In this document: in pieces, positions 50,329-61,846 of the stretch | How positions within the stretch are numbered: position 1 is the first letter of the stretch | Layout of the letters: each line of letters begins with the position of its first letter | From: Gammaproteobacteria bacterium | Lineage (GTDB): Bacteria > Pseudomonadota > Gammaproteobacteria > Eutrophobiales > Eutrophobiaceae | Length of the DNA: 64,000 bases | Assembly: GCA_963422205.2 (NCBI GenBank) | Contig: CAXMWX010000003.1 | Coordinates: forward strand, 1 to 64,000 | Direction of reading: 5' to 3' | Notes under the pieces: generated by a model | The model's input: the letters and a program-made list of their open reading frames with translations, nothing else | What the model was told of the DNA's origin: nothing | The model's database searches: none | Position numbers and translations under genes: made by a program

Positions 50329-51580
50329 CTAATGCGGTTGTGTAAACTCAAAGAGGGATTGGAGTAATCTCGCATTATATTTCGATATTTTATCAATCCT
50401 GGTTTGTTTTCTGGTATAAAGAGCCTCTTTGTCATTGGTGGTTTTCACTCTTTCCCGATTTTCAAAATCTGAAAAAACAGCTTCATTTGGATTAATACTT
50501 AAAACTACATTTCTGTTGCCACGACGAGATATGTCTTTGTGCTTGTACTTGTGAATATAAATCAAATTTCGATAGTCATCGATCATTTTTGCTTCCTCTT
50601 TGTTGCGGGCTGATGAGATGGGAACGATGTGATGAAGTTCAAACTTGTCTCTTTTTTTCCACTTCATGAAAGCTAAAATATTTGCGTTTTGGAATAGCAC
50701 TTCTTCTTGTCGATCTATGGAAAAATCCTGTGTTTCCAACATTGAGTCGGAAAAATCGGTTATTATCAACTTCAAAATAGACAGTCGTTTTCAGCAAACC
50801 CATAATCTGCTGCGCCTGATTCTTCCAATTATGAATATCACGTTTAGCGGTTTTGTTTCCCTCAAAATTTTGAGGATTGGCATACGCCTTTACCAATTTG
50901 ATCACCTTTCTTTGCTCATATTTTCTCAAGCTACGATATGAATCAAGGAGCTTGATTTTGTCTATACCCTCATTATCATCTGAGAAAATAAACATGAATT
51001 CATAGATGCTTATCTTATCATTCATATAATCGCTAAGATGTAACATGGTCGCCAGTTCAGAAATCCTGCTGCCAAATAGTCTATCTATGGCGTCAGTAAA
51101 TTTTTTGTACCTGTCAATCAAAATATCTGCTTCGATAAATTCAACTGCTCTTATCGTCAATCTACCATGAAAAATTGTTTTTCCCGTTTCATTTATTTTA
51201 ATTTTTTCTCTTGCCAAAAACCCCATTTTTTCCAAATCAGGAAAGAAATTCTTTTTTATGGAATTAATCGTACCACGCCCCAATCCAGAATTTATCCTGT
51301 CGACGATTGCCTGGTAATGTCTAGCGTACTCCGGCAACTCATCGTCTTTTGCGTAGTCGCCTGGAGGAATTGTGAAATAATCTGTTCCCACAACATCATA
51401 TATATTCTGTAAAATCAACCCAATGTCATTTAAATTATATCTGTTATGTTGAGAAATATGCCAACCACGATAATTATCATCAAGCAGCCGATTTATTATG
51501 TATGTTAAGAAAAGATTATTCTCTTTTATCGATAAAATCTCATCCAGAATTTGCTGTGTTTCTTTAAGGGCGATATTCAT
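50329..51580 (-). pseudogene. MboII-like Type IIS HNH restriction endonuclease, frameshifted
   Basis: 'NYRGWHISQHNRY', 'KRDIHNW', 'ELHHIVP...NLIYI' match recalled R.MboII; frames join if the A7 run at 50652-50658 is A6. Confidence 0.85.
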
Positions 51581-52347
51581 CTGACTTCCCTTAATTTTTT
51601 TCTGGCTATTGCTACATAGTCTTTTTCTATATCACAACACAGAAAATTCCTTTTTAGTTTTTTTGCGGCAACTGCTGTTGTACCAACGCCAACAAAACAA
51701 TCCAAAATCAGGTCATTTTTATTTGAACTTGCCTTGATGATTCTCCTTATCAACTCTAATGGCTTTGGCGTAGCATGTTGCATCTTTTGAACTTTACCAT
51801 TGACTTTATTTTTATGTCTCTCACTCGTAATATGCCAGACTTCGCCGCAAAGTTTTCCCTTTGGATTAGGAAACCAACGTTTGCCGTTTTTAATTATACC
51901 TTTCCTTTTTGCATGCTCAATTCTCTTCGTTGACTCATAAGGAATACGTACAGCATCATAGTTGAACGTGTGGTTTTTTCCCTTAGTGAAGAAAATTATC
52001 GTTTCCTGTCCATTGCTAAAACGCTTTCTGGCACCGCTCAATCCATCTCTTTTATCCCAGGTTATCCAGTTTTGAAAATACATACCCTTGCTGACAAGAT
52101 ATTGCAGTATGAATGCCGAATTATATGGTGTATTAAAAATATACAGGCTGCCATTGCGTTTTAGTTTTGGAATAAGAGCATCTATCCAGGAATAGGTAAA
52201 ATCAAAAAATGCTTTTCTTGATTTGAAGGTATCCCAATATGCTTTTCGCATATTGTAGGGCGGGTCAATAATAGCCAGATCAATAATGTCATCATCAACC
52301 TGTTGCAAAAATTTAAAGCAATCCATTTGATATATTTTATTTAGCAT
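51577..52347 (-). CDS. DNA methyltransferase, M1.MboII-like (m6A, beta class)
   Basis: 'IDPPYN', 'FQNWITWDKRDG', 'KNGKRWFPNP', 'TPKP', 'LDCFVGVGTT'. Confidence 0.92.
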   Translation of the reverse strand: MLNKIYQMDCFKFLQQVDDDIIDLAIIDPPYNMRKAYWDTFKSRKAFFDFTYSWIDALIPKLKRNGSLYIFNTPYNSAFILQYLVSKGMYFQNWITWDKRDGLSGARKRFSNGQETIIFFTKGKNHTFNYDAVRIPYESTKRIEHAKRKGIIKNGKRWFPNPKGKLCGEVWHITSERHKNKVNGKVQKMQHATPKPLELIRRIIKASSNKNDLILDCFVGVGTTAVAAKKLKRNFLCCDIEKDYVAIARKKLREVR

Positions 52348-53234
52348 AATTTTTTTTGATGCGATTCTTGCTCAAGGAGCATTTTAGCTAACCCTAACTT
52401 TTTATCGATTATTCTCCGGTAATTTTTCATTACTTCATAACCAATAAAATGACGTCCCTCTTCTTTTGCCACTTTTAAGGTTGTGCCGCTACCTGCAAAA
52501 GGATCAAGCACAACATCATCAATATAAGTAAATAACCTTACGCAACGATAAACAATCTCTTCTGGCATAATGGCACTATGATTACCAAAGGCAATATCAT
52601 TTTTCCCCGGAACAGGTATTCGCCAAATCTGTTTTGTGAATTTCACCCATTCCTCTTCGGTTAGTTTACTTTGTTCTCTGATTTTCCTAGGCTTATTATT
52701 TACTGTTTTACCGTCTTTCACATAGACAGTTATAAATTCACTGGTATTTTGTGCGTAAAAATTTCTTGGATAAGGATAACTTCCAAACATCAGTTTTTTA
52801 CTTGGATTAGTTCGATCCCAAATATAAACATCATATAAAAACATATCCGTTTTTTCCTGATATAAAATCGAATGCTGTATGTCAGCATTAAGATCAAAAA
52901 TGTGTCTATTATAGTGCGTTGAGTAATCCGCCTTCTTCATTGGCACAAGTGGAGTATTGATTATCAGTTTTCCATTTGGTTTTAATACCCGCTCACACTC
53001 TTGCCAAACTTTCAATAGCCCTTTAATGAATAACTCATAATCATTTATATCGCCAAGCTGCTCTTTATGTTTTTTGTCATTACTGTTTTTTTGATAGCCA
53101 TCCTTGGCATAATCTTTAATATTAAAATAAGGCGGCGATGTAACGATCAAATGAACTGCCCTGTCTGGGACTTCACGCATATTTTGAGCGTTTTTATAAA
53201 ACACTTTATTTAGAAAATCTTTATTCTTATGCAC
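52341..53234 (-). CDS. DNA methyltransferase, M2.MboII-like (m4C, beta class)
   Basis: 'VTSPPY', 'LDPFAGSGTT'; paired with M1 and R. Confidence 0.9.
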   Translation of the reverse strand: MHKNKDFLNKVFYKNAQNMREVPDRAVHLIVTSPPYFNIKDYAKDGYQKNSNDKKHKEQLGDINDYELFIKGLLKVWQECERVLKPNGKLIINTPLVPMKKADYSTHYNRHIFDLNADIQHSILYQEKTDMFLYDVYIWDRTNPSKKLMFGSYPYPRNFYAQNTSEFITVYVKDGKTVNNKPRKIREQSKLTEEEWVKFTKQIWRIPVPGKNDIAFGNHSAIMPEEIVYRCVRLFTYIDDVVLDPFAGSGTTLKVAKEEGRHFIGYEVMKNYRRIIDKKLGLAKMLLEQESHQKKLC

Positions 53235-53361
53235 AGATCGCCTCGGGTATTGCTTTATTTAAGTTGCAAGCTGCTGATATTTGATTCCACAACGCTTGCC
53301 GACTTGCCTGTTTATCGCACATGGGTACTTAAATGATAACCTGAACGATCTCATGCCTTGA

Positions 53362-53949
53362 TTATTCCTGCCCCAGCGAGATAAAATTCTTTAACAGATC
53401 ATGGCCGCAGGTAGTCAGTATGGATTCTGGATGAAACTGCACCCCATAGACAGGATAGTCTTTATGTCGAACTCCCATGATCTCATCCATGCTGCCATCA
53501 GCATGCTGCGTCCAGGCGGTGACTTCAAGGCAGCCGGGCAAGGTATCTTTGGCTACCACCAGGGAATGGTAGCGGGTGGCGATAAGAGGCACTTCCAACC
53601 CGCTGAACACATCGCTGTCAGCATGAAAGATGGCGGAGGTCTTGCCGTGCATGACCTGTTGGGCATGTATGATGTTGCCGCCAAACACCTGGCCGATACT
53701 CTGATGCCCCAGACAAACGCCTAAGATCGGCACCTGCCCCTTGAATGCGTCAATCACTGCCATGGAAATGCCGGCCTTATCCGGCGTACACGGGCCGGGC
53801 GAGATAACCAGACGTTGCGGTGCCAGGGCGGCGATCTCATCAATACTGATAACATCATTGCGGTATACCTTGACATCCTGCCCCAGCTCGCCGAGGTACT
53901 GCACCAGGTTGTAGGTAAACGAATCGTAGTTGTCTATCATCAGCAACAT
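53362..53949 (-). CDS. trpG: Anthranilate synthase component II
   Basis: '[10 protein letters not shown]', 'GVCLGHQ', 'QFHPES'. Confidence 0.96.
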   Translation of the reverse strand: MLLMIDNYDSFTYNLVQYLGELGQDVKVYRNDVISIDEIAALAPQRLVISPGPCTPDKAGISMAVIDAFKGQVPILGVCLGHQSIGQVFGGNIIHAQQVMHGKTSAIFHADSDVFSGLEVPLIATRYHSLVVAKDTLPGCLEVTAWTQHADGSMDEIMGVRHKDYPVYGVQFHPESILTTCGHDLLKNFISLGQE

Positions 53950-53957
53950 AAACGTCT

Positions 53958-55457
53958 CTACCGCAAGCCTTTTTCCGCCATGGATACGGCGCGGAAGATC
54001 GCCCGGCCTTTATTCATGGTCTCATCCCATTCTTTTTCCGGATCGGAATCCGCAACGATGCCGGCGCCCGCCTGAATGTGTAATGTTCCCGCCTTTATGA
54101 TGGCCGTGCGGATGGCAATCGCCGTATCCATGTTGCCCGCCCAGGAGATATAACCCACGGCGCCGGAATAGACGCCGCGCGCTACCGGTTCCAACTCATC
54201 GATGATCTGCATTGCCCGAATCTTTGGCGCACCGGCGACCGTACCGGCCGGGAAGCAGTGCATCAAGACATCAACGGCGCGGGCGCCGGCCTTTATCCTG
54301 CCAATGACATTGGAGACAATGTGCATGACATGGGAATAACGCTCGACAGTCATGTTCTCCGTCACCTTGACCGAGCCGGTCATCGCCACCCGGCCAACAT
54401 CGTTGCGCCCCAGATCGATCAGCATCAGGTGCTCGGCACGCTCCTTGGGGTCAGCCAGCAGTTCCTGCGCCAGTGCCTTGTCCTGCTCTTCATTCTCGCC
54501 TCTCGGCCGGGTACCGGCTATCGGCCTGACCGTGACCATGCCATCCTCCAGCCGCGTCAAGACCTCCGGCGAAGCACCGACCACAAAAAAATCATCGAGA
54601 TGCAGATGAAACATATATGGCGAAGGATTGGTGCAGCGCAGGGCGCGGTACAGTTGCAGCGGCGCCGCCTTGAACGGGATCGACAGACGTTGCGATAACA
54701 CCACCTGCATGGCATCGCCCGCTATGATGTAATCCTGGATACGCTTCACTGCCCGGATAAATTTTTCCTTGCTCAAGCCGGAGATAAAATGCTTCTCTTC
54801 AACCGCTATCCCGGAGGCGAAGGCATCTTTTTGCGGCAGCTCATGCTTGATGAGTTTTCTCTCCAGCGTATCCAGCGCCTGTTGCGCCCTAGCATAGGCA
54901 TCATCCTCGCTCGGATCAGCATGGACGATCAGCATCACCCTGGCGCTGATATTATCGAAGACAACGACCCGATCACACACCAGCAGCACGATGTCCGGGC
55001 AATCCAGCGGGTCGGGCTTCGGCGGACCGGAGGCCCCAGGCTCAACGTAGCGGATACACTCATAACCAAAATAACCCACCAGCCCACCGGTAAACCGCGG
55101 CAGGTTGTCCAGCTGGGGGACGCGGTAGCGTTGCCGGAATGCCTCGATCTCGGCGAACGGATCGCTGATCTGTTTTTCTGTGATAAGTCGGCTGCCGATT
55201 TCAATTTTCATGGTATGGTTTTTCACGCTGAGTTGTGCGCTCGCCGATAAACCAATGAACGAGTAATGCGCCCATTGCTCTCCGCCTTGCACAGATTCCA
55301 GCAGAAACGTGCGTTTACCGTTGGCCAGCTTCATATAGGCGCTGAGCGGCGTATCCAGATCGGCCAGCAATTCTCTGATGACCGGGATATGGTTATAGCC
55401 CTGGTCGGCGAGCGCGGCAAAACGCTCGGCGGTGACGATGTTCTGCATCTCATCCAT
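53958..55457 (-). CDS. trpE: Anthranilate synthase component I
   Basis: 'FLLES', 'NPSPYM', 'RPIAGT', 'GAPKIRAM'. Confidence 0.97.
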   Translation of the reverse strand: MDEMQNIVTAERFAALADQGYNHIPVIRELLADLDTPLSAYMKLANGKRTFLLESVQGGEQWAHYSFIGLSASAQLSVKNHTMKIEIGSRLITEKQISDPFAEIEAFRQRYRVPQLDNLPRFTGGLVGYFGYECIRYVEPGASGPPKPDPLDCPDIVLLVCDRVVVFDNISARVMLIVHADPSEDDAYARAQQALDTLERKLIKHELPQKDAFASGIAVEEKHFISGLSKEKFIRAVKRIQDYIIAGDAMQVVLSQRLSIPFKAAPLQLYRALRCTNPSPYMFHLHLDDFFVVGASPEVLTRLEDGMVTVRPIAGTRPRGENEEQDKALAQELLADPKERAEHLMLIDLGRNDVGRVAMTGSVKVTENMTVERYSHVMHIVSNVIGRIKAGARAVDVLMHCFPAGTVAGAPKIRAMQIIDELEPVARGVYSGAVGYISWAGNMDTAIAIRTAIIKAGTLHIQAGAGIVADSDPEKEWDETMNKGRAIFRAVSMAEKGLR

Positions 55458-55478
55458 GGGCGAGTGCCAAAGGCGCAG

Positions 55479-56152
55479 CTAACGGCCGACGGATTGCAGC
55501 TTCTCCCGCATCCGCGTATGGTGGCGGCATAGTCATTGCTGCTGAAAATGGCGGAGCCAGCGACAAACGTATCCGCACCAGCGGCGGCAATGTCGGCAAT
55601 ATTATCGCTGCTTACCCCGCCATCAATTTCCAGCCGAATGTCACGGCCACTGGCGGCAATCATCCGGCGGGCAGTACGCAGCTTGTCCAGCGCCGAGGCA
55701 ATGAAGCATTGGCCGCCGAAGCCCGGATTGACCGACATCAGCAAGATCATATCAATATGCTCCAGCACATAATGCAGATGATGCAGCGGCGTGGCCGGAT
55801 TAAACACCAGCCCGGCCTTGCAGCCGGCTTCCTTGATCAGCCGCAGGGAGCGATCAATATGCTCGCTGGCCTCGGGGTGAAACGTCATATAATCAGCGCC
55901 CGCCGCCGCAAAGGCCGGGATGAGGCCATCCACCGGCTTGACCATCAGGTGTACGTCCAGCGGGGCGGTGATCCCGTAATCACGCAGGGCGGCCACCAGC
56001 ACCGGGCCGAAGGTCAGGTTGGGCACGTAATGGTTATCCATCACATCAATGTGGATCATATCAGCACCAGCGGCGAGAACGGCGGCCACCTCATCGCCCA
56101 GACGGGCAATATCGGCCGCCAGAATGGATGGGGCAATAAGGTAGTCGGTCAT
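55479..56152 (-). CDS. rpe: Ribulose-phosphate 3-epimerase (apparent -1 frameshift near the 3' end)
   Basis: 'IAPSIL', 'HIDVMD', '[10 protein letters not shown]', 'VAGSAIF'; normal-looking tail [10 protein letters not shown] lies in the adjacent frame. Confidence 0.92.
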
Positions 56153-56588
56153 CGGTGTGTGTGGGCGATCATCGTGCAGGTTATGCACTTTACCCGATCA
56201 GCGATGGTATCGCCAATGCCAGCGGTTACCGTTTATGGCTGATGGGGCTGCTGCAACAAGGCGTTTGATTTTTTCAGCCAGTTGCAAAACCCCGCAATAC
56301 CCGTGGTGCATATCTGTGATGGTCAGGGTTTTGCTGTCATAATAACCTGAGGCGGATGAGCGGAGGCGGACGGGCAAGGCATTATTAAATTTTCAGATAA
56401 AAGGGACCATGGGTTATGTTGTTTGCTCTGTTTTACTATTAAAGTTTGTCATTAATTGGTATCTTTCTGATTATTGCACTGATAATTTACAGCCTGGTCA
56501 TGATCATGATTACCGCAATAAAAACCTGTCACGGTGCAGCTTGCCGTTATCCGCTCACGTTACGATCAATAACATAAAGGGGCGTATC

Positions 56589-57524
56589 ATGCTTGAAATC
56601 GTATCAATCGGTTTGTTCATCCTCGGCATCGTCTTATTGTTTAAAATGGCGGTGGTGGTGCCGCAAGGCTATGAATACACGGTCGAGTATTTTGGCAAAT
56701 ACACCAAGACCCTGCGTCCTGGCCTGCATTTTATCATACCCATCGTTGAGTTCATTGGCTCGAAGATGAACATGATGGAGACCGTGCTGGATGTGCCAAC
56801 ACAAGAGGTGATCACCAAGGACAATGCGATGGTGGCGGTTGATGGCGTGGTCTTCTTTCAGGTGCTGGATGCTCCCAAGGCCGCCTACGAGGTCAATCAC
56901 CTGTCACATGCCATCCTGAACCTGACCATGACCAATATCAGGACGGTCATGGGCTCCATGGATTTGGATGAGTTGCTGTCAAAACGGGATCATATCAATG
57001 CCCAGTTATTGCAGGTCGTTGATGAGGCAACCGGCCCCTGGGGGGTCAAGGTGACCCGCATTGAGATCAAGGACATTACGCCGCCACGGGACCTGGTCGA
57101 TGCCATGGCGAGACAAATGAAGGCCGAACGTGACAAACGGGCACAGATCCTGGAGGCCGAGGGCGAGAAACAGGCCGAGATATTGCGCGCCGATGGGGAA
57201 AAACAGGCGGCGATCTTAGAAGCCGAGGGCCGGCGTGAAGCCGCTTTTAAGGATGCCGAGGCACGTGAGCGTCTGGCCGAGGCCGAGGCCAAGGCAACAG
57301 CCGATGTCTCTGTGGCGATTGCCAGCGGTGATATTCAGGCCATCAATTATTTTGTTGCCAATAAATATGTCGAGGCATTGAAAGAGATTGCCGTTGCGCC
57401 TAATCAGAAAGTCGTCTTGATGCCGTTGGAGGCGGGCAATGTGATCGGCGCATTGGGCGGCATAACCGAGATCGCCAAGGAGACCTTTGCCAGCAAAGGC
57501 GCTGGCAAGGCGGTCGCGAAGTAG
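56589..57524 (+). CDS. qmcA: SPFH/stomatin-like protein QmcA
   Basis: 'QEVITKDNA', '[19 protein letters not shown]', 'QMKAER'; start reassigned to MLEIV. Confidence 0.92.
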   Translation: MLEIVSIGLFILGIVLLFKMAVVVPQGYEYTVEYFGKYTKTLRPGLHFIIPIVEFIGSKMNMMETVLDVPTQEVITKDNAMVAVDGVVFFQVLDAPKAAYEVNHLSHAILNLTMTNIRTVMGSMDLDELLSKRDHINAQLLQVVDEATGPWGVKVTRIEIKDITPPRDLVDAMARQMKAERDKRAQILEAEGEKQAEILRADGEKQAAILEAEGRREAAFKDAEARERLAEAEAKATADVSVAIASGDIQAINYFVANKYVEALKEIAVAPNQKVVLMPLEAGNVIGALGGITEIAKETFASKGAGKAVAK

Positions 57525-57529
57525 CAGAT

Positions 57530-57982
57530 ATGGCGGTATTAGCAATAAATGCCTGGCACTGGCTGCTGCTGGCGGTGTTGCTGTTTTGTATTGAGTTACT
57601 GGTTATACCAGCAACTTACTGCCTTTGGCTGGGGGTCGCCGCCGCCGCTGTCGGGATCATGATGTTACTGCTGCCGGAGTTGGCCTTTTTTTTCCAGATC
57701 GTTATCTTCACCTCGCTATCCGTTGCCAGCCTGGTGATACACAAGCGTTATCTCAAGCGCAACCCGCCGACCAGCGATGAGCCTGCCCTGAACAGGCGAG
57801 GCGAGCAATATATTGGCCGTGTGTTTACTCTGCAAGAAGCGATTGTCAATGGTGTTGGCAAGGTGAAAGTGGATGACAGCACCTGGAAGGTCAGGGGCGA
57901 GGATACGGCTGCCGGCGGGCGTGTCAGGATCACCGGGGCAGATGGCACGGTGTTATTGGTTCAATCGGCAGATGAGGGTTAA
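57530..57982 (+). CDS. NfeD-family protein (YbbJ-like)
   Basis: Three TMs, 'LNRRGEQYIG', 'G.GKVKVDDSTW'. Confidence 0.9.
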   Translation: MAVLAINAWHWLLLAVLLFCIELLVIPATYCLWLGVAAAAVGIMMLLLPELAFFFQIVIFTSLSVASLVIHKRYLKRNPPTSDEPALNRRGEQYIGRVFTLQEAIVNGVGKVKVDDSTWKVRGEDTAAGGRVRITGADGTVLLVQSADEG

Positions 57983-57985
57983 GCC

Positions 57986-58453
57986 ATGCTCACAGTCAAA
58001 CAGTGGTTACAGGAATACGATGCCAGTCATCAGAACCGCACCAACAAGCGCATTCACTGGGTGTGTGTGCCGGCGATCATGTTCAGTATCATCGGCCTGT
58101 TGTGGGCCATCCCCCGCCCGGCGGTATTTGCCGAATTCCCCCTGCTGCTGAATTGGGCGGTTATCATCGCCGGCCCGCTGCTGCTGTATTACTGCCTCTT
58201 GTCTCTGCGCCTGGCCTTCGGCATGACCTTGCTGCTGGCCGCCATGTTTGGCCTGATGTTTCTGCTGGCGCAAACCGCCCTGTCCATAGGCTATTTCTCC
58301 ATCGCCCTGTTTGTCAGTGCCTGGGCAGGCCAGTTTATCGGCCATGAAATTGAAGGGAAAAAACCCTCGTTCTTTAAAGACCTGCAATTTCTCCTGATTG
58401 GGCCGTTATGGATCATGGCATTTATCTATCGCCGGCTGGGCGTGGCGTATTGA
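57986..58453 (+). CDS. DUF962/Mpo1-like membrane protein
   Basis: 'SHQNRTN..IHWVCVP', 'QFIGHEIEGKKPSF'. Confidence 0.9.
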   Translation: MLTVKQWLQEYDASHQNRTNKRIHWVCVPAIMFSIIGLLWAIPRPAVFAEFPLLLNWAVIIAGPLLLYYCLLSLRLAFGMTLLLAAMFGLMFLLAQTALSIGYFSIALFVSAWAGQFIGHEIEGKKPSFFKDLQFLLIGPLWIMAFIYRRLGVAY

Positions 58454-58487
58454 ACGATTAAATCAGGGCGACTGCCGGTAACAGATG

Positions 58488-59603
58488 TCAACTCGCCTTG
58501 CGCTGCGCCAGCGCCCAGCGCACATGCTCCCTGACCAGGGCGGAGGGATGTTCCAGCCGCTCGTTAAGGGCGGCGATGATTCCCGCCGTCATCTCGACAC
58601 TCACCGCCTTGCCCGCATCATTCGCATTGCCCAGAACATTACCAAGGGCAACGGCCACATTTCTCAACCAGCGCACATAACCAATGCGCCGGATAGCACT
58701 GCCCTCGGTTTTATGCAGGAACTCCTGCTCTGTCCAACGGAAACATTGCAGCAAGGTGATGTTATCCAGGCCATGCCGGGGCTGGTAGTCCTGCTCGTCT
58801 GAATGGCGGGCGAATTGATTCCACGGGCAAACCAACTGACAGTCATCACAGCCGTAGATGCGGTTGCCGATCAGTGGTCGGTAGGCTTCAGGAATCGGGC
58901 CATGTAATTCTATGGTCAGATAAGAGATACAGCGGCGGGCATCCAGCTGGTAGGGCGCCACGATCGCCGCCGTTGGACACACATCCAGGCAGGCACGACA
59001 GCTGCCGCAGTGATCGGCGGTATAGGGGCGATCTGTGGCCAGTGGCAGATCGGTATAGATCTCGCCTAGGAAAAACCAGGAGCCGGCCTTCTCATGGATG
59101 AGGTTGGTATGCTTTCCCAACCAGCCGAGGCCAGCATTGCGCGCCAGCGGTTTTTCCATGACCGGTGCGCTGTCGGTGAACACCCGATACGCATACTCGC
59201 CAATCGCCCGTTCAATTCTCCTCGCCAGTTTCCTTAACCGCGCACGCATTATCTTGTGATAATCACGCCCCAGCGCATAGCGAGAGATATAGGCCAGCGC
59301 CGGGTCGGCCAGTACCTTCTCAGGCATTGCCCCGCCATGGGGCAGGTAGTCCATGCGGGCTGAGATGATGCGGAGCGTGCCGGGCAACAAGTCCGCTGGC
59401 CGGCTGCGCTTCGTGCCATATCTTTGCATATACGCCATCTCGCCGTGGTGCTGCACGTTCAGCCAGCTCAGCAGCCGGGCCTCATCTGCGCTCAGATCGG
59501 TGCCGGTAATGCCGATGTGCTGAAAGCCCGCCGCCAGCCCCCATGCCTTGATAGCCGCCGCCATTTGCTCGGTGTTGAGTTTCGGGGAGCGCCTGTTGGT
59601 CAC
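58488..59603 (-). CDS. queG: Epoxyqueuosine reductase
   Basis: 'SRYALGRDYH', 'CGSC..C...CP', 'IYGCDDCQLVCPWN'. Confidence 0.96.
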   Translation of the reverse strand: MTNRRSPKLNTEQMAAAIKAWGLAAGFQHIGITGTDLSADEARLLSWLNVQHHGEMAYMQRYGTKRSRPADLLPGTLRIISARMDYLPHGGAMPEKVLADPALAYISRYALGRDYHKIMRARLRKLARRIERAIGEYAYRVFTDSAPVMEKPLARNAGLGWLGKHTNLIHEKAGSWFFLGEIYTDLPLATDRPYTADHCGSCRACLDVCPTAAIVAPYQLDARRCISYLTIELHGPIPEAYRPLIGNRIYGCDDCQLVCPWNQFARHSDEQDYQPRHGLDNITLLQCFRWTEQEFLHKTEGSAIRRIGYVRWLRNVAVALGNVLGNANDAGKAVSVEMTAGIIAALNERLEHPSALVREHVRWALAQRKAS

Positions 59604-59678
59604 GATGGTTATTTACTGCTCGCCAGTTTATTTGATAGTGCTATGATCGGCCACGATACAGCAGATGGAAAGTTGAGC

Positions 59679-60749
59679 ATGTTTGAATATATCAGCAGTT
59701 GGTACAAGCGTTATTTTACTGATCCACAGGCCGCCCTGCTGGTTATTCTGCTCATGTTAAGTTTTGTCGTGATTTACTGCTTTGGCGGCATGTTGGCACC
59801 GTTGTTGGCCGCCATTATTATCGCTTATATGCTGGAGGAGCCCGTGCAGAAATTGACCCGCAAAAATATCCCTCATGTTTTTGCCGTCATCGTTGTCTTT
59901 ACGCTGTTTGTGTTATTTGCTGCCTTTATCGTCATTGGCCTGCTGCCCATTCTGTCAAGACAAACCAGCCAGTTTTTTCAGGAATTGCCCGGCATGATCA
60001 CCCGTGGCCAGGGCTTGTTATTACGCCTGCCTGAACAATATCCCGGCATCATCTCCGCTGAGCTGGTCACGGACATGAGTGCCACCTTGCGTGGCGGGCT
60101 GTCCGAGATAGGCCAGAATATCCTGTCCATTTCCGTTGCGTCTATTCCGGCCATCATCACGGTGCTGGTGTATCTCGTGCTGGTGCCATTGATGATCTTC
60201 TTTTTGCTGAAGGATAAAAACCAAATCATGACCTGGCTCAGCCGATTTTTGCCGAATGAACGCACGTTGATTAACAGGCTCTGGTATGAAATGAATGAGC
60301 AAATTGGTAATTATATTCGCGGCAAAGTCTATGAGATCATCATCGTGGGGGCCGCTGCGTATGTCTTATTCAGGATAATGGGGCTGAACTATGCCTCGTT
60401 GTTGGCCATTACTGTCGGCCTGTCCGTGCTGATCCCGTATATCGGTGCGGCGGCGGTGACGGTGCCGATCGCTCTGGTGGCGTATTTTCAATGGGGTTTT
60501 GAGTCGCATTTTATCTGGCTGATGCTGTGCTACCTCATCATCCAGTTTTTAGATGGCAACGTGCTGGTGCCGGTGCTGTTCTCTGATGTGGTGAACCTGC
60601 ATCCGGTGGCGATCATCATCGCCATTCTGATCTTCGGCGGCCTGTGGGGGTTCTGGGGGGTGTTCTTTGCCATTCCCCTTGCCACCCTGGTCAAAGCGCT
60701 GATCAACGCCTGGCCGACACAGGAAGAGGAAGCACCACAACCCGGCTGA
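59679..60749 (+). CDS. perM: AI-2E family transporter (PerM-like)
   Basis: 'GLSVLIPYIG', 'DGNVLVPVLFS..VNLHP'; start reassigned to MFEYI. Confidence 0.88.
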   Translation: MFEYISSWYKRYFTDPQAALLVILLMLSFVVIYCFGGMLAPLLAAIIIAYMLEEPVQKLTRKNIPHVFAVIVVFTLFVLFAAFIVIGLLPILSRQTSQFFQELPGMITRGQGLLLRLPEQYPGIISAELVTDMSATLRGGLSEIGQNILSISVASIPAIITVLVYLVLVPLMIFFLLKDKNQIMTWLSRFLPNERTLINRLWYEMNEQIGNYIRGKVYEIIIVGAAAYVLFRIMGLNYASLLAITVGLSVLIPYIGAAAVTVPIALVAYFQWGFESHFIWLMLCYLIIQFLDGNVLVPVLFSDVVNLHPVAIIIAILIFGGLWGFWGVFFAIPLATLVKALINAWPTQEEEAPQPG

Positions 60750-60788
60750 CACCCTGCATACAAACGAAGCGGCCTGATTTTAAGCGTG

Positions 60789-61268
60789 TCACTCCGCCGC
60801 CGCTAATGCCTTGACGGCCAGAAGCACCTCATCAACATGCCCCTTCACCTTTACCTTACGCCATTCTTTTTGCAACTTGCCCTCGCTGTCGATTAAAAAC
60901 GTACTGCGCTCTATACCGAGGCGTTTTTTGCCGTACATGTTTTTCTCTTTGATCACATCAAATAATCGGCACAATCTCTCATCTGTATCTGATAACAACT
61001 CAAACGGCAGCTTGTGTTTGCTTTTGAAATTCTCATGGGAGGCGATGGAGTCTCTGGAGACGCCCAGGATGACGGTGTTTCTGGTGCTGAATTTACGGAT
61101 GTTATCGCGAAAGTCCTGCCCTTGCCGGGTACAGCCGGGGGTGCTGTCTTTCGGGTAGAAATACAGGACAATGTGTTTGCCTTGTAAATCGGAGCACGTG
61201 ATCGTCTGCTCACCGGTTGCCGGCAGTGCAAAGTCCGGCACTTTTCTACCTACTGTTGGTGTAGTCAT
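60789..61268 (-). CDS. bcp: Peroxiredoxin Bcp
   Basis: 'YFYPKDSTPGCT', 'GIERSTFLID'. Confidence 0.93.
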   Translation of the reverse strand: MTTPTVGRKVPDFALPATGEQTITCSDLQGKHIVLYFYPKDSTPGCTRQGQDFRDNIRKFSTRNTVILGVSRDSIASHENFKSKHKLPFELLSDTDERLCRLFDVIKEKNMYGKKRLGIERSTFLIDSEGKLQKEWRKVKVKGHVDEVLLAVKALAAAE

Positions 61269-61312
61269 CGTGTTCTCTAAACTCCCGAAATGTGCATGAA
61301 TGTATTTATTTT

Positions 61313-61846
61313 TTATTTAATCGGCTCTACGATAGCATCCAGATTCCACTGCTCGCAAAAATCCATAAAATCGTTACGCAAGGCAGCAATAGCCGTATCC
61401 ACCGGGATATGGATGCTTAGATGTATGTTGATCATGGGGGTTGCCGTTTGCGATGCCTCATAGGCGGTCAAATGCAGATCATGGATATGAATATTATTGG
61501 TTGAGAAAAACCGCAGCAGCTTGCTGTGTATGCCGGCTTGATCCGCACAGATAACATCCACCGCATAGGGCAGCGAGCCGCCGGTCGAATGATTCAACTC
61601 GGTACGCTTGACCTGTATGGTCAGATCAGTGCCGCTCGCCAGATTCCCCAGGGCATCTTCCACCTTGGCGATGCCATCCCAATTCCCGGACAGCAGCATG
61701 AGCAGGGCCAGTTGCTGACCGAGCATGGTCATACGGCAGTCATGAATACGGCAGCCGCAGTCTGAGATAGTCTGCGCCAGACGCTCCGGCAGGCTGGCGG
61801 AATGATCGCCGAGTACGGTGACTGCCAGGTGCAGTGGTTTTGTCAT
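61313..61846 (-). CDS. gcvR: Glycine cleavage system regulator GcvR (two ACT domains)
   Basis: 'LSGNWDGIAKVE', 'F.DFCE..NLD'; synteny with bcp and dapA. Confidence 0.88.
   Translation of the reverse strand: MTKPLHLAVTVLGDHSASLPERLAQTISDCGCRIHDCRMTMLGQQLALLMLLSGNWDGIAKVEDALGNLASGTDLTIQVKRTELNHSTGGSLPYAVDVICADQAGIHSKLLRFFSTNNIHIHDLHLTAYEASQTATPMINIHLSIHIPVDTAIAALRNDFMDFCEQWNLDAIVEPIK

Noticed and set aside
59424-59678. Long N-terminal extensions in the ORF track (perM, also paaA, qmcA, TauE, VspI-like methylase, TPR)
   Set aside because: They overlap neighbouring genes or promoters; downstream starts fit family lengths better.
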